Positions 1-11,669 of a DNA stretch of 64,000 bases are shown piece by piece. Under the pieces are notes generated by a model. It worked only from the letters and a program-made list of their open reading frames with translations, ran no database searches and was not told where the DNA came from. Both the position numbers and the translations under genes were made by a program. The stretch comes from Octopus sinensis (taxonomy: Eukaryota): the NCBI RefSeq assembly GCF_006345805.1, contig NC_042999.1:68014001-68078000 (forward strand). Reading direction: 5' to 3'. How positions within the stretch are numbered: the stretch's first letter is position 1; each line of letters starts with the position of its first letter.

Positions 1-17
1 AGCTTAAAGGTACGAAA

Positions 18-73
18 GAAATACCGCTAAGCATTTCGCTTGGCATTCTAACGCTTCTGCCGGTTCGTTGCTT
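18..73 (-). mobile_element. SINE-A (tRNA-headed, Meta/MESC-like core) head fragment
   Basis: gaaataccgctaagcatttcg...ctaacgcttctgcc is the reverse complement of the head of the full copies at 7926 and 49063. Confidence 0.75.
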
Positions 74-763
74 TAATAATGATAATACAAACAATACAAA
101 TAATATTAACATGGATGATCATGGCTATATATCATGGCTGATCAAGTGACGTAGCAAGCGTTCTTAACATCCGGGAAGATCAAAGACATTTTTGGCGCCC
201 CTCTTTAATTATCAAACATGCCCTTCGTACCTGCGACCGAAAGCGAGTGCTCGCCCTCACTACGCTTTTGTTCTTTCTCTGGATTGGTCTTGGTATGTTA
301 AGCAACATCATCATCATCAACAACAACAACAACACCAACAACAACAACAACAGGAAATACAAGTTTTGAGTTTTCAAAAATTGCCAATTATCGTAGCTGC
401 TTTTTAACTTTAGGTAAACTCTGTTTGAAAAAAAGATTTATGCATGATGAGTCATTCCAGTTATACCTATCCCATCTCTTTATATATATATAATTATTTG
501 AGGGAATATTAATCCAAACTTACAGGGAAAAAAAAATTCAATTAGTAATACTAAATCAAATTTCACACAATATAATATATATATATATATATAAAAATGA
601 GAAAAAAACACCTTTTATCAATTCAAAATGAACAATTAAATTACACCATCTACAAAAATACATAAAATAGAAATGTTAAAATTAAAATAACAATAAAATA
701 TCAATAATTAAGTAAATTGCAAAAAAAAACATAAGAACGTTTATAATTGGTAGAATAATTGGT

Positions 764-1040
764 ATACTCTTTACTCTTTTACTCTTTTATTTGTTTCAGT
801 CATTTGACTGTGGCCATGCTGGAGCACCGCCTTTAGTCGAGCAAATCGACCCCAGGACTTATTCTTTGTAAGCCTAGTACTTATTCTATCGGTCTTTTTT
901 GCCGAACCGCTAAGTTGCGGGGACGTAAACACACCAGCATCGGTTGTTAGGCGATGTTGGGGGGACAAACACAGACACACAAAGATATACACACATATAT
1001 ATATACATATATACGACGGGCTTCTTTCAGTTTCCGTCTA
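764..1040 (-). mobile_element. SINE-B (tRNA-headed, CORE-like) 3' portion
   Basis: Matches 15440-15851 in reverse: (tactctt)n tail, catgctggagcaccgcc, gaaccgctaagtt. Truncated at a (TA)n tract. Confidence 0.9.
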
Positions 1041-1041
<1 letters not shown>

Positions 1042-1093
<52 letters not shown>

Positions 1094-1455
1094 CATGCAT
1101 ACGTATATATGTATGTATGTATATAAATATATGTCGGGTTTCATTGGCTAAAGTGTGTTTCCATGTCTACATCGATGGGGTGTCATTTGATACAATATGC
1201 CTGGTATTTCTTGCAGGTCGAGCAACCGCTTAGAGACGCCTTCGTTTTGTAGGGCAGCAGGTTGGTGGCTGGGTGGTAAACTGTTAACTTACTAACGTAC
1301 TATGATAGTAATGTAGTAGTTACTATGTAACTAGTTTAGATGTAAGGTCAAATGTCAATATGGGGAAAGCGAAAACAAATGTCACGATTTCATACACACA
1401 AATAGGTCGTTCTCATATATATATATATATACATACACATACATATATATATATG

Positions 1456-1532
<77 letters not shown>

Positions 1533-1569
1533 TATATATAAGATATAGATAGATATACATATATGTATG

Positions 1570-1602
<33 letters not shown>

Positions 1603-1780
1603 ATATATATATATATATATATATTTCTATATAATTCATATATCTATAGATAGATAGATAGATAGATAGACAGATATACATATATATGCATGTATGTATA
1701 TATACATACATGCATATATACATATATATATATGTATATGTATGTATGTATACACATATATACACATATATATATAGGTT
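1042..1780. repeat. Compound (TA)n/(GATA)n/(TACA)n microsatellites with a short unique interval
   Basis: Directly visible tracts at 1042-1130 and 1415-1780. Confidence 0.95.
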
Positions 1781-1889
1781 AGTCTGGGTAATTGATGTGG
1801 CACACAGATCAGTGGAACAAAGAGGTGAAGCTGAAGAGATATACATGAACGGCAGACAAGAATGAAATATGTTTGTTCTGTCAAACACC

Positions 1890-2490
1890 ATTATCATCAT
1901 CATCATCATCAACAACAATAACAACAGCATCAGCAACAACAACAGCAACAACAACACTAAGCGAACCTGTTTGTGCTGGTGAACGAAACACCACGTTCCG
2001 CTATTTCAACATCATCATCAATCAACTTCCTCCTCTTCCCCATCCCCCACCTTCATCATCATCATCATCAACATCAATGGCATCATTGCTGTCGTCATCA
2101 TCATCATCATCATCATCAACTCCCAAATGACTAGCAAGCACCAACACCACTGCCGCCACTATCACCACTACGTCCATCATCAACGCCACTTCCACCACCA
2201 CCACCACCACCATCACCAAAACCACCACCACCATCATTATCACCACCACCACCACCACTACCACCACCACCACCACCACCACCATCACCACCACCATCAC
2301 CACCACCGCCACCGCCACTACCACCACCACTACTATCATACCATGACTCTCATTTTCGTCCCTATAATCATCATTACCACCATCACCGCCGTCGACACCA
2401 CCTTCGTTACTATGATCATCATCAACCATACCATCCACGCCATCTTCCCCACGGCCATCATCATCATCATCCTTATCATTACCACTACAC
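1890..2490. repeat. Trinucleotide (CAT)/(CAA)/(CAC) low-complexity block
   Basis: Directly visible; explains the poly-H/S/T/V ORFs. Confidence 0.9.
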
Positions 2491-2714
2491 CCACTCATGT
2501 TTTTTGGGGTTTTTTCCTAAAATAGATTTTTGAAACAAATTGCAATAAAGATCAACTTCGTAGACTGCGAATCCTTTTTAAAAAAATTCCCCCAGGTTAG
2601 GAGTGGAGAAATTAAGGGGTTATAACCTTCCCCTTGCATCCTGAGTGAATGTTGATGAGAATTCCAGTCTGAAGATTTATACACATCGCACTTCTATTCT
2701 GTGCAGCTTCACAC

Positions 2715-2915
2715 AGAAAGGCCCCTACGTGGACGTTCGGCTGCTTGAAAAAGGAACCTAAATATCTTCATAACACTCTTTACCGTCTTTAAAAAATGAC
2801 GCACTGAATAGTGCCTTGTATGCGTAATAGACAGGAAGGTCGTGGATGGAATAGTTTTGATCATAGTTAGCTTAACCAGAGCTAGTCGGGGTCTAAGCTA
2901 CTCCACAGTCCCCAA
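2715..2915 (+). mobile_element. Old dispersed ~230-bp repeat (here 'family O'), probably a retroposon tail
   Basis: Degenerate match to the motif order ...ctgctagaaatagcagccaaat...ccgtcttaaaaa...ggatggtca.ggctggaat.cc.ttgatcatag...ggggctaa. Other copies at ~1205-1240(-), 5335-5515(-), 9690-9850, 16745-16850, 17800-17990, 30090-30715, 31050-31140 and 31910-31990. Confidence 0.6.
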
Positions 2916-2997
2916 CAAAAGTAGCCTGAGCTTTTCAAGTAAACACGATTCTAAATGATTGAAGTAAGATTTCTATGGAAACTCCACATATAGGTAC

Positions 2998-3372
2998 AGG
3001 CGCAGGTGCAGGTGTAGCTATTTAGTAAGAAGCTTGCTTCCCAACCACATGGTACCAGGTTCAGTTCCACTGCGTGGCACCTTGGTCTCGGACCGACCAA
3101 AGCCTTGTAAGTGGATTTGGTAGACAGAAACTGAAAGCTTGTCGTATGTGTGTGTGTGTGTGTATGTTTGCCCGCCCGATATCGCTCAACAACCGATACT
3201 GGTATGTTTAAGTCCCTGCAACTTAGCCGTTTGGCAAATGAGACTGAGAGAATAAGTATTAGGCTTACAAAGAATAAGTTCTGGGGTCCATTTCTTCAAC
3301 TAAAACCCTTTAAGGCGATGTCCCAGCATGGCCGCAGTCAAACGACTAAAACAAGTAAAATAATAAAAAAAA
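2998..3372 (+). mobile_element. SINE-B, near full length
   Basis: Head ggcgcagg...gtaagaagcttgcttcccaaccacatgg...ggttcagttcc, short internal (TG)n, tail aaacaagtaaaa. Confidence 0.9.
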
Positions 3373-3582
3373 TACAATAAATACTAAACCATATATATTA
3401 TTACTATAGAAACACCAACCGGTATAAATATGGAAACGAACTTTAGGTTGGTTAAAATATGTTTTTGACATATTTTAATTTCTGAAGGCAAATTCGCTCC
3501 CAGTTACCGTAGAGAAAAAATTTTCACTTATTGCAAAAGGCGTAAAAATTCCATATTTGCTCAAGTATCTTCCTCTGGCGGA

Positions 3583-3625
3583 CTCCCAGGCGCGTTTCTG
3601 GTTCTTTAGCCTTCTTCAGTGGAAG
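3583..3625 (-). ncRNA. Minimal type-I hammerhead-ribozyme-like motif (Penelope pLTR style), cleavage triplet probably mutated
   Basis: Minus strand reads cttcca CTGAAGA a gg ctaaagaa cc a GAAA cgcg cc tgggag. Stem I cttcca/tgggag, palindromic stem III cgcg, triplet GCC instead of GUC. Confidence 0.65.
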
Positions 3626-4035
3626 ATAGTGAAGAGAGAAAACTTGAGCAAATTCTAAAGCCGTAGCTTTATCTTGAAACAACCGGTATCAAGGATTGAT
3701 CTGTGCTCGCAGGCCGTTTATAGTACTTTTATTCTTTGTCACTGCTTGACGTTGATACCAGAGTATGAAAACCTCAAATTTTATAACTATGGAAACCTAT
3801 ATACTAAATATGGAAGCGTTGATATTATAAATATGGAAACCCCAAATACTATAGATATGGAAACCGAAATACGATAAAAATAAAGGGCTTAATGCTATAA
3901 ATATGGTAACTCAAATACAATAAACATGTAAGTCTAAATTCAAAAAATGCGTAAACCTTAATACTATAACTGTAGAAATCCAATTTCTGTAACTATGGAA
4001 CCGTAAATATTATAAATATGGAAGCCTAAATACTA

Positions 4036-4291
4036 CAGGGTGTTCAAAAAGTCTCTCCGCAGTAAATACTTTATTGCAAAATATTTATAAGATGCTATAA
4101 GATTACAAAAGAATATATTTGACATTACAAGACTTTAAAATACTTTATAAGAGGTGTTGAAAGTGTCGTCCTTCCCTTTCAATACATAAGTTGACTCTTC
4201 TACACATGTTTTGAAATACATTTTGGACAGTCTAACGTGGTATGGACCGTGTGAAAAATATTCACTGCGGAGAAACGTTTTGAACATCCTG
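4036..4291 (-). mobile_element. Tc1/mariner-derived MITE
   Basis: TIRs cagggtgttcaaaaagtctctccgcagt / actgcggagaaacgttttgaacatcctg, TA on both sides. Internal minus-strand remnant VFQNMCRRVNLCIEREGRHFQHLL* resembles a transposase C-terminus. Confidence 0.85.
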
Positions 4292-4361
4292 TATAATTAT
4301 GCAACCTAAATACGATAAGTATGAAAGCCTAACAGCAATACATAAAGTAAAGAGTAATAAA

Positions 4362-4698
4362 AGGTAAAGACCCCCTTCGGTCATGAATGGCCATGGGATT
4401 ACACCTAGAAATTTCCCTCCGAGGTACAAGTCTGGGCAAGGATGTTTATGGAAGATTACCAGTCAGCCATGCATACCAGCCTTCCCTCTCCATGCCACCG
4501 ATGTTATCCAAAGGAAAGGCTGATACAGCTTGGCACCAGTGATGTCGCAACTTTTTTCCACTGCTAAGTGAACTGGTGCAACATGAAAAAGTAAAGTGTC
4601 TTGCTTAAGAATACAACACACGGCTCGGTCCGGGAATCGAACTCACAACCTCGCGATTGGGAACCCGGTTTGCTAACTACTGAGTTATGCGCCCTCAC
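4362..4698 (-). mobile_element. SINE-D (tRNA-headed)
   Basis: Minus strand B-box gagttcgattccc; body and tail homologous to the internally deleted copy at 51065-51308. Confidence 0.8.
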
Positions 4699-5539
4699 AA
4701 CCTAAATTCCCTCATCCTCGTTTATCACAGCTGTTTTGTTCCTAAACAACACTGTGTTAAATGAACCAATGATAAATGACGGGGAAACAATTATTTTGAT
4801 TCTGTCACCCCCAAGGTTGCACTGCAGCTTACACAATATCTCCAGATAGTTTTAAAGCACACATAATGATATTGATTCATGGCTGGCATAATATTCAGAC
4901 CAAAATTTAGTATGTTCAGTGAATAATAACAAGGATAACAGTGAAAAATATGTTGATACGTACGTGTGTGTTCGTCCAAATATTAAATACGTAGACTCGT
5001 AGCACAGTGACGTAGACACGGGCGATTGTGAATACATTATGGGCATCTGAGCATTGTATATGGTCGCTGGAGCACGATTTTGGAGTCTGAGCAGAATAGT
5101 TGACTGACCGATTTATCACAAATGAGTTCGTAATGCGTAACACGATTCACAATTGAGCGTGTTATCTTGGATCCGTGATGACTGAAGCAACGATGAACGA
5201 GGATAGATGTACTGTAAATATGGGAATGTGAATAATCATCCCCCCCCACCCATGCTTTAAAAAAAATACCATTATTCATGCTTCGTCAGTCTGGTACTTT
5301 CATTCACTCAAATTAATTTAATCGGCGGTTTTGATTGTTTAACCCTAAATCATCCCTGATCCAGCATACCTATGGTTAAAAGCGATCTTGCCATGGCCAT
5401 CCCGTATTAACTTTTATCAGAAACAATATGCACATAGTCAGACTAATTATCCAATGTGCCCTCTTCTCATGAAGACAATACAAAGATTTTATTATTTCTA
5501 GCAAGCAGAGCGCTCAAATTATTGTTGCAGTTGCTTATC

Positions 5540-5945
5540 TGCATTTTGGATGGATCAACGACATGGTCCTGATTTCCGGGTTCAGTCCCATTGGAAGCAC
5601 CTTGAGCAAAGTCTTCTACAGCCTCGGGCCGACCAAAGATTTGCGAGTGAAATTGATAGACGGAAACTGAAAGAAACCTGTCATATACAATGTGTGCGCA
5701 TGCGTGCGTGTGTATGCGTCTGTATGTGTGTGTGTGTCTTTGTGTCTGTGTTTATCCCCCCACCACCATCGCGTGACATGTTAATGTGTTTATGTCCCCT
5801 TAACTTAGCGGAATAAGTACTAGGCTTACAAAGAATAAGTCCTAGGGTCGGTTTGTTCGACTAAAAATTAAAGAAAACATCCTAGGCAGTGCTCCAGCAT
5901 GGACGCACTCAAATTACTGAAACAAGTAGAAGAATAAAAGAATTA
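5540..5945 (+). mobile_element. SINE-B, diverged
   Basis: gggttcagtccca...ccttgagcaa...gacggaaactgaaagaa...(TG)n...gtgctccagcatgg...aataaaagaa. Confidence 0.85.
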
Positions 5946-5999
5946 CTATCTCGAGCGCTAGGACTCTTTACTCTGTTTCTACGGCATATAAGTGACCGA

Positions 6000-6180
6000 G
6001 ATCAAAACATTTTTTCTGAACGGGATGCGGGCTGGTTACAGGGTTACTCATTTACAACTGGTAAACCTGGAGCAACGTAAAATAAATCGTTTTGCTTAAG
6101 AACACAACGTGTTGCCCAAAACCACGATTGCAAGATCGTGAGTACAACACCCTAACCACTAAACAATGTACCATCACGAT
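6000..6180 (-). mobile_element. SINE-C (tRNA head + V-domain-like segment), diverged
   Basis: Reverse match to 47239-47440: ctggagcaacgtaaaa, ttttgcttaagaacacaac, ccctaaccactaa. Confidence 0.7.
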
Positions 6181-6223
6181 CATGATGAACCCCTTCATTA
6201 ATTCTCAATATCTGGCTCTTGGT

Positions 6224-6438
6224 AGGGCGGCGCGCTAGCAGAGTCATTAGCAAGCCGAACAAAATGCTTATCGGCGTTTCGTCCGTCTTTAAATTCTGAG
6301 TTCAAATTCCGCCGATGTGCTACTTTGCCGTTCATCCTTTCGGGGTTGATAAATTAAGTACCAGTTGAGCACTGGAGTTAATGTAATTGACTTAACCCTC
6401 CCCTAAGAAATCGCTGGACTTGTGCCAGAGTCTGGAAC
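6224..6438 (+). mobile_element. SINE-A, older tail variant, with target-site duplication
   Basis: B-box gagttcaaattcc, core ttcatcctttcggggttgataaattaagtacc. TSD caatatctggctc(t/c)tggt at 6206-6223 and 6439-6456. Confidence 0.92.
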
Positions 6439-6644
6439 CAATATCTGGCTCCTGGTTTTATAATTTAAAAGGCCGGCTTGCACAAAAAAACAATAGAAAG
6501 AAAAACAAAAAAAGACAAAGACTCATAAATAAAGCACTGTAATAGGAAAAAATGGGCATTAGTTGACGTAGGAAAGAAATGTGGGTTCGATTCCCACGCG
6601 TACTAATGTGCATTTTTTTTCCGTTATAGGTATATATATCTAAC

Positions 6645-6860
6645 ATTCTTTTCTACTCTAGGCACAAGGCCCGAAATTTTGGATGAGGGGGCCAGTCGAT
6701 TAGATCGACCCCATTACGCAACTGGTACTTAATTTATCGACCTCGAAAGGATGAAAGGCAAAGTCGACCTCAGCGGAATTTGAACTCAAAACGTAATGAC
6801 AGGCGAAAAACCGTCGAGCATTTCGCCCGGCATGCTAACGTTTCTGCCAGCTCGCCGCCT
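6645..6860 (-). mobile_element. SINE-A, tail type 1
   Basis: Full head-core-tail; tail (+ strand) ttctactctaggcacaaggcccgaaatttt; imperfect TSD tatata..ctaa.att. Confidence 0.92.
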
Positions 6861-7324
6861 TTATATATACCTAATATTAAACTATTTTCTAAGGTCAATA
6901 TATGGTGAAAGCATATAATTCTATTTACAAAATTGCACTTCCCACCGTTTCCTAATTCACGCAGAAGTCGCACGTTTACAAGAATTCAAAATTCTAGTAA
7001 ACTAGATGTTCTGCCGCTCCCTTCCTTTTCGTGGCATCGCGTCTCACCTTCACGTCTTCATACGCCGTAACTTTGCGACTAAAATTATTGCTCTTCAACT
7101 TGCTTTCTTGCATACCGTAAATTCCCAGTTTCGTGTTGAGGTAATTAAAGGTAGTCAGTAAAATACAAACATAACCCTTAAAAAGTACGTTAGGTGCTTA
7201 AACTTCGCATAGCAAAACTGTAATACAATCGCTTCAGGATGTATGTATCATCGTATTTATCATTCCATCTTACAAGGTGCCCGCTTCATTTTAACTGGTA
7301 GCGATGTACATGAATCTTTACATT

Positions 7325-7495
7325 AAGCACAGGTGTAGCTATGTGGTAAGATGTTTGCATTCCACCCATATGGTTCCTGGCTCGGTCCCAGTGTGTGGCA
7401 TCTTGGGCGAGTGTCTTTTGCTATAACCCCGGGCCAACCAAGTGGTACGGAGCCGACATAAAACATCAATGGAGGTTTATAAGCCTTGTAAATTC
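7325..7495 (+). mobile_element. SINE-B 5' portion
   Basis: gcacaggtgtagctatgtggtaag...cttgggcgagtgtctt...cgggccaaccaa. Confidence 0.75.
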
Positions 7496-7514
7496 ACTCT
7501 GACACTTCCTTCAG

Positions 7515-7690
7515 ACATAGCGTTGCGGACATAGGCGTTGGTTAATGCAGTGCAGTCGCCTAGACGTTCTGAGTTCAAACCCAGGCAAGGCGCTACGGTG
7601 AATCACAAGACACCTGAAGAAGGCTGGAGCGTACAAATCCAAAACATAGTGGGAAACAGCAATCATGATGAGGTCACCACTCCGACTAAT
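7515..7690 (+). mobile_element. SINE-like element: Pol III-type head followed by a decayed hammerhead-like motif
   Basis: B-box gagttcaaacc at 7571-7581; cac CTGAAGA a gg...cc aaaac ata gtg at 7611-7651. Confidence 0.5.
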
Positions 7691-7744
7691 GCATAATATA
7701 AATATTCCGCATCTTAGACACACAGGATCGTACGGTCTTAGTTG

Positions 7745-8185
7745 TCCTTGAATGTATCCACAATTTACAACTCGCAGATCTCTGAGACCTTTTGATCAGG
7801 GGATTGAAATGTCTTGACCCCTAAGCTGTTACAGTACTGGGTTTTTACTCTAGATGGAGAGGGAGAGATCTTTGTTACTATACAGTGATGTCCAGTTCTG
7901 TGGGTGGTATAGCTTTCAATCCCAAGAAGGCAGCGAGCTGGCAGAAACGTTAGCATGCTGGGTGAAATGCTTAGCGGCATTTCGTCTGCCGCTACGTTCT
8001 GAGTTCAAATTCCGCCGAGGTCGACTTTGCCTTTCATCCTTTCGGGGTCGATAAATTAAGTACCAGTTACGCACTGGGGTCGATGTAATCGACTTAATCC
8101 GTTTGTCTGTCCTTGTTTGTCCTCTCTGTGTTTTGCCCCTTGTGGGCAGTAAAGAAATAGGTATAGCTTTCAATCCCAAAGTTGA
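7745..8185 (-). pseudogene. CR1/L2-group LINE ORF2 C-terminal relic, split by a SINE-A insertion
   Basis: Minus translation NFGIESYTTHRTGHHCIVTKI...SRVKTQYCNSLG aligns with the plus-strand relic NFGI...RHCIV...SRVRTRYCNSLGFKGP at 8680-8810. Confidence 0.75.
7926..8159 (+). mobile_element. SINE-A, tail type 2, full length, perfect 20-bp TSD
   Basis: TSD ggtatagctttcaatcccaa at 7906-7925 and 8160-8179; A-box-like head, B-box gagttcaaattcc. Confidence 0.95.
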
Positions 8186-8299
8186 ATCGTAAAGATCTTT
8201 TACATATAAATATCACGGCATACGTTGTAATAGGTCAATTTTTTATGTGTTCTGGAATTGGATTGCCTCAAGTTCTGTGGTTAATTTCACTCTTTATGG

Positions 8300-8990
8300 T
8301 CACCATATCAAACACGGTGCGAGATCTGGGAATTGATATGAGGAACGACGCCGCGTTTTATGTACATATTACCAAGATGGTAGCAATGTGCAGGCGAATG
8401 ACCGGATGTATTGTGTGTACTTTCAAAACAAGGGACCTGAAAACTGTGCAGGTTCTATATCCTCAGGCATCTGGACTACTGCTCTCAACTATGGTCATTC
8501 CACAGTGTCAAATTAATGGCGGAACTCGAGGCAGTTCAGAGGTGCAACACCAGAAAAATTGTATCAATGAAACAGCTGAGCTACTGAGAGAGAATGAAAG
8601 AGCTACGACTATACTCTCTGAGGTGAAGGCGGGAGAAATATGCAGTGATATACATATGGAAGAACCTAGAGGAATCGGCACCAAACTTTGGAATCGGGAG
8701 CTGCAGCAGCCTCTGAAATGGACGTCACTGCATTGTAACAAATGTCCTACTCATCTCGTCTAGAGTGAGGACCAGGTACTGCAATAGCTTGGGATTCAAA
8801 GGCCCACAGCTATTTAATATATTGCCAAAAATCTGTGAGATCTACATTGAGTGGAGCGAGATGTTTTCCAGAAACAACTTGACCTCCTGCTGCATAAGGT
8901 CCCCGATGAGCTTACATGATGAAACTCTGAAAAAAAGCGCAGCAATATCGAACTCCTTCCTTCTCGAAATGCTAACCAATCACAGAAGAA
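8300..8990 (+). pseudogene. CR1/L2-group LINE ORF2 3' relic (RT thumb and C-terminus), frameshifted
   Basis: VRDLGIDM...HITKMVAMCRRMTG..VCTFKTRD, then in shifted frames HLDYCSQLWS, ELEAVQR, LRLYSL, YAVIYIWK, GPQLFNILP. Confidence 0.85.
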
Positions 8991-9067
8991 TGGTCATTGA
9001 AAGGTGAAAATATTGTTTGTGCCCTAGCATAGCCACAATCTTTGAGCTGAAACGCATAAAAGAATAG

Positions 9068-9105
<38 letters not shown>

Positions 9106-9431
9106 TAAATCAATGGATAAATATTTCGTTCACATAAAAAGCGATTTGCGAGAGAACTCAATCAATGAAAGTTAAAAGAATCAGATTTAGAGGTTTAGAG
9201 TCATAACATACAAAGATATATATATATATATATTACTAATACGAAGAGATATTGGAACATAAAATAAAATGTTGAAACGCTCACACTCGGGCGCGCACAC
9301 ATTGATGTATTTTATATTCATTTCAGTAAGTGCCTCTTTGTATTAACGGCTTTTATATATATATTTGTACGTATCACTCCAAATCTGATTGTTTTTACTT
9401 ACATATCCAATACAAATTCATTCATATACAT

Positions 9432-9470
<39 letters not shown>

Positions 9471-10760
9471 CACGCACACACACATACACACACACACACA
9501 CATACACACATATATATATAGAGAGAGAGAGAGGGGTGGCGAGATGCACACATAAATACATAAATTGTATTTGTGTGATGTTTAGAGCTAAGCCCTCACA
9601 ATGACGCTTTATATAAACTACATATCTCATAATTCACGTTCTGCAATAAACTAACTCCTCACCAATAATTCCTCCTTAGAACACGAGCCAACGAAAGAAC
9701 CCTTACATGATCGCCTGACATTCTAGAAACACCGACTAAATGTATCTCCCTTAGATGACACACTTGCACTTACAAATCGTTCATCCGAAAAAAGGTTGTA
9801 AATATTTTAATCGTAGTTTTGTTCGGACAAGACCGATACAAGGCTAAGCAACAGTCGCCAAAACTATAACCCTGATCAGCCTAAATATTTACATGTTATA
9901 TAAGAGACACCATGACGTCACACGTCTTTTGGCTCTCATTGAACTTAACCTTATAAGATTTCAAACGAAACACACCAAAAGGTAGCTACATACACCATGG
10001 ATTTATAAATATATAATTAACTTGCGTATACAAGTGTGTCCATACCCCGAATTTGTTTCCTTATAACTTTCAGAAAAATTGATATCTTTTTTAATAAAAT
10101 TTTCTACAAATGCCTTTCAGATGGTTTAAATTCTGGCTGTATCGGAATTTGTGGCGAAAAGATTTTCGGAAGGGGATGGAGATGTGTTTTGGATAATTCA
10201 GAGGAGTTGGCTTTGTGTCTTTATAACTTTTAGAAGTACTTTTTAATGAAATTTTCTACAGATACCTTTCAGACATAGTATATTACGATTATATTGGAAC
10301 TTAGTGTTTCAGCGAGGGCACACAAATACATGCGAACATATATTACATACATATCTACAACAGGAAACTTGAAATCTTGAAATGTTTGTATGTGCGCCCA
10401 CCAATTTCTCTTTTTTACATTAAATTCCGATGTAGTCATAATGAACACCATGTGAATGGTATTAATAAAAAAAATTTGATTTTAAAAATACCCATTTTTC
10501 TGAAAGTTATGACGAAACAAAAGCCGATTCGTGCTTATTTTACAAAACTTCTCTCCCTTTCCCCAGAAAAAAAAAATTCACTACAAATTCCGATATAAAT
10601 GGTATCTATACCATTTATAATGACGATTATACCATACGATATTTTGTTATCTGCTTCTATGCTTATAAATATTAATGCTGTTCTGTATGTAATACATTTT
10701 ATCTTGAAGCTATTGACTTTCAGTGGGTCATTATAATAATGAGCAACATGGTTAAAGAAT

Positions 10761-11149
10761 ATTCTTTTCTTTTCAACTCTAGGCACAAGGTCCGAAATTT
10801 TGCGGGAGGAGGCCAGTCGATTAGATCGACCCCAGTACGCAACTGGTACTTAATTTATCGACCCCGAAAGGATGAAATGCAAAGTCGAGCTCAGAACATA
10901 AACTCAGACGAAATACATATTTCTTTACTACCCACAAGGGGCTAAACACAGAAGGGATAAAGAAGGACAGACAAATGGATTAAGTCGATTACATCGACCC
11001 CAGTGCGTAACTGGTGCTTAATTTATCGGTCCCGAAAGGATGAAAGGCAAAGTCGACCTCAGCGGAATTTGAACTCAGAACGTAACGGCAGACGAAATAC
11101 GGCTACTTATTTCGCCGGGCGAGCTAACGTTTCTGCCACCTCGCCACCT
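10761..11149 (-). mobile_element. SINE-A heterodimer (tail-2 copy joined into a tail-1 copy)
   Basis: Two cores with different tails; junction cagacgaaatac|atatttcttt at 10916/10917. Confidence 0.9.
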
Positions 11150-11154
11150 GAGCA

Positions 11155-11668
11155 GTTAGGTTGCCAGATGTTAAGGGTGATGATGTCGTAGAAACTGTCT
11201 GACAGTCATGGCTTGGTTCTTCTGCTTACGTGGCAATGTGCAGATATATGGTCTTCCAGCAAGTACCTTCTTGACCCAGGACAGCACTACCTCCTTCAGG
11301 CACTTGATGTAGGCCTCCGTGTTGAGTGTGAGGCCGCGTGGGAAGATGAATGGAGGCATAACATCGCTATCACTAGTGATCACTCTAAACACCATGACGT
11401 TGACTGATTTTTACCCCTCACGGTACATGTCCTCAGATTGACACACAAACACTCTGAAATGTTCGTATTGGAGCTTCTGGCGAGAATGCCAAACAGTACA
11501 GCATGTCGTTTCCAAATTTCTGGCAGAGTGAATTGCGTCATGGTGGTGGTTTTCTCACAGACAGTACCCAACTGACCCTACCATACTGTGTAGTCGACAA
11601 AATCAAAAACAAACAATGCGCATGCGCGGAATTAAAAATATAAAAAGGCGACAATTTACCCACTGCAA
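11155..11668 (-). mobile_element. Internally deleted Tc1/mariner-superfamily (maT/DD37D-like) transposon
   Basis: N-terminus MTQFTLPEIWKRHAVL...; catalytic region MVFRVITSDSDVMPPFIFPRGLTLNTEAYIKCLKEVVLSWVKKVLAGRPY; TIR-like ggcgacaatttaccc near 11650. Confidence 0.8.
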
Positions 11669-11669
11669 C

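Larger units (their letters stand above)
3375..4345. repeat. Degenerate AT-rich minisatellite (ataaatatggaaacc.aaatact), interrupted by two insertions
   Basis: The motif recurs at 3400-3440, 3760-4033 and 4294-4335. Confidence 0.75.
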
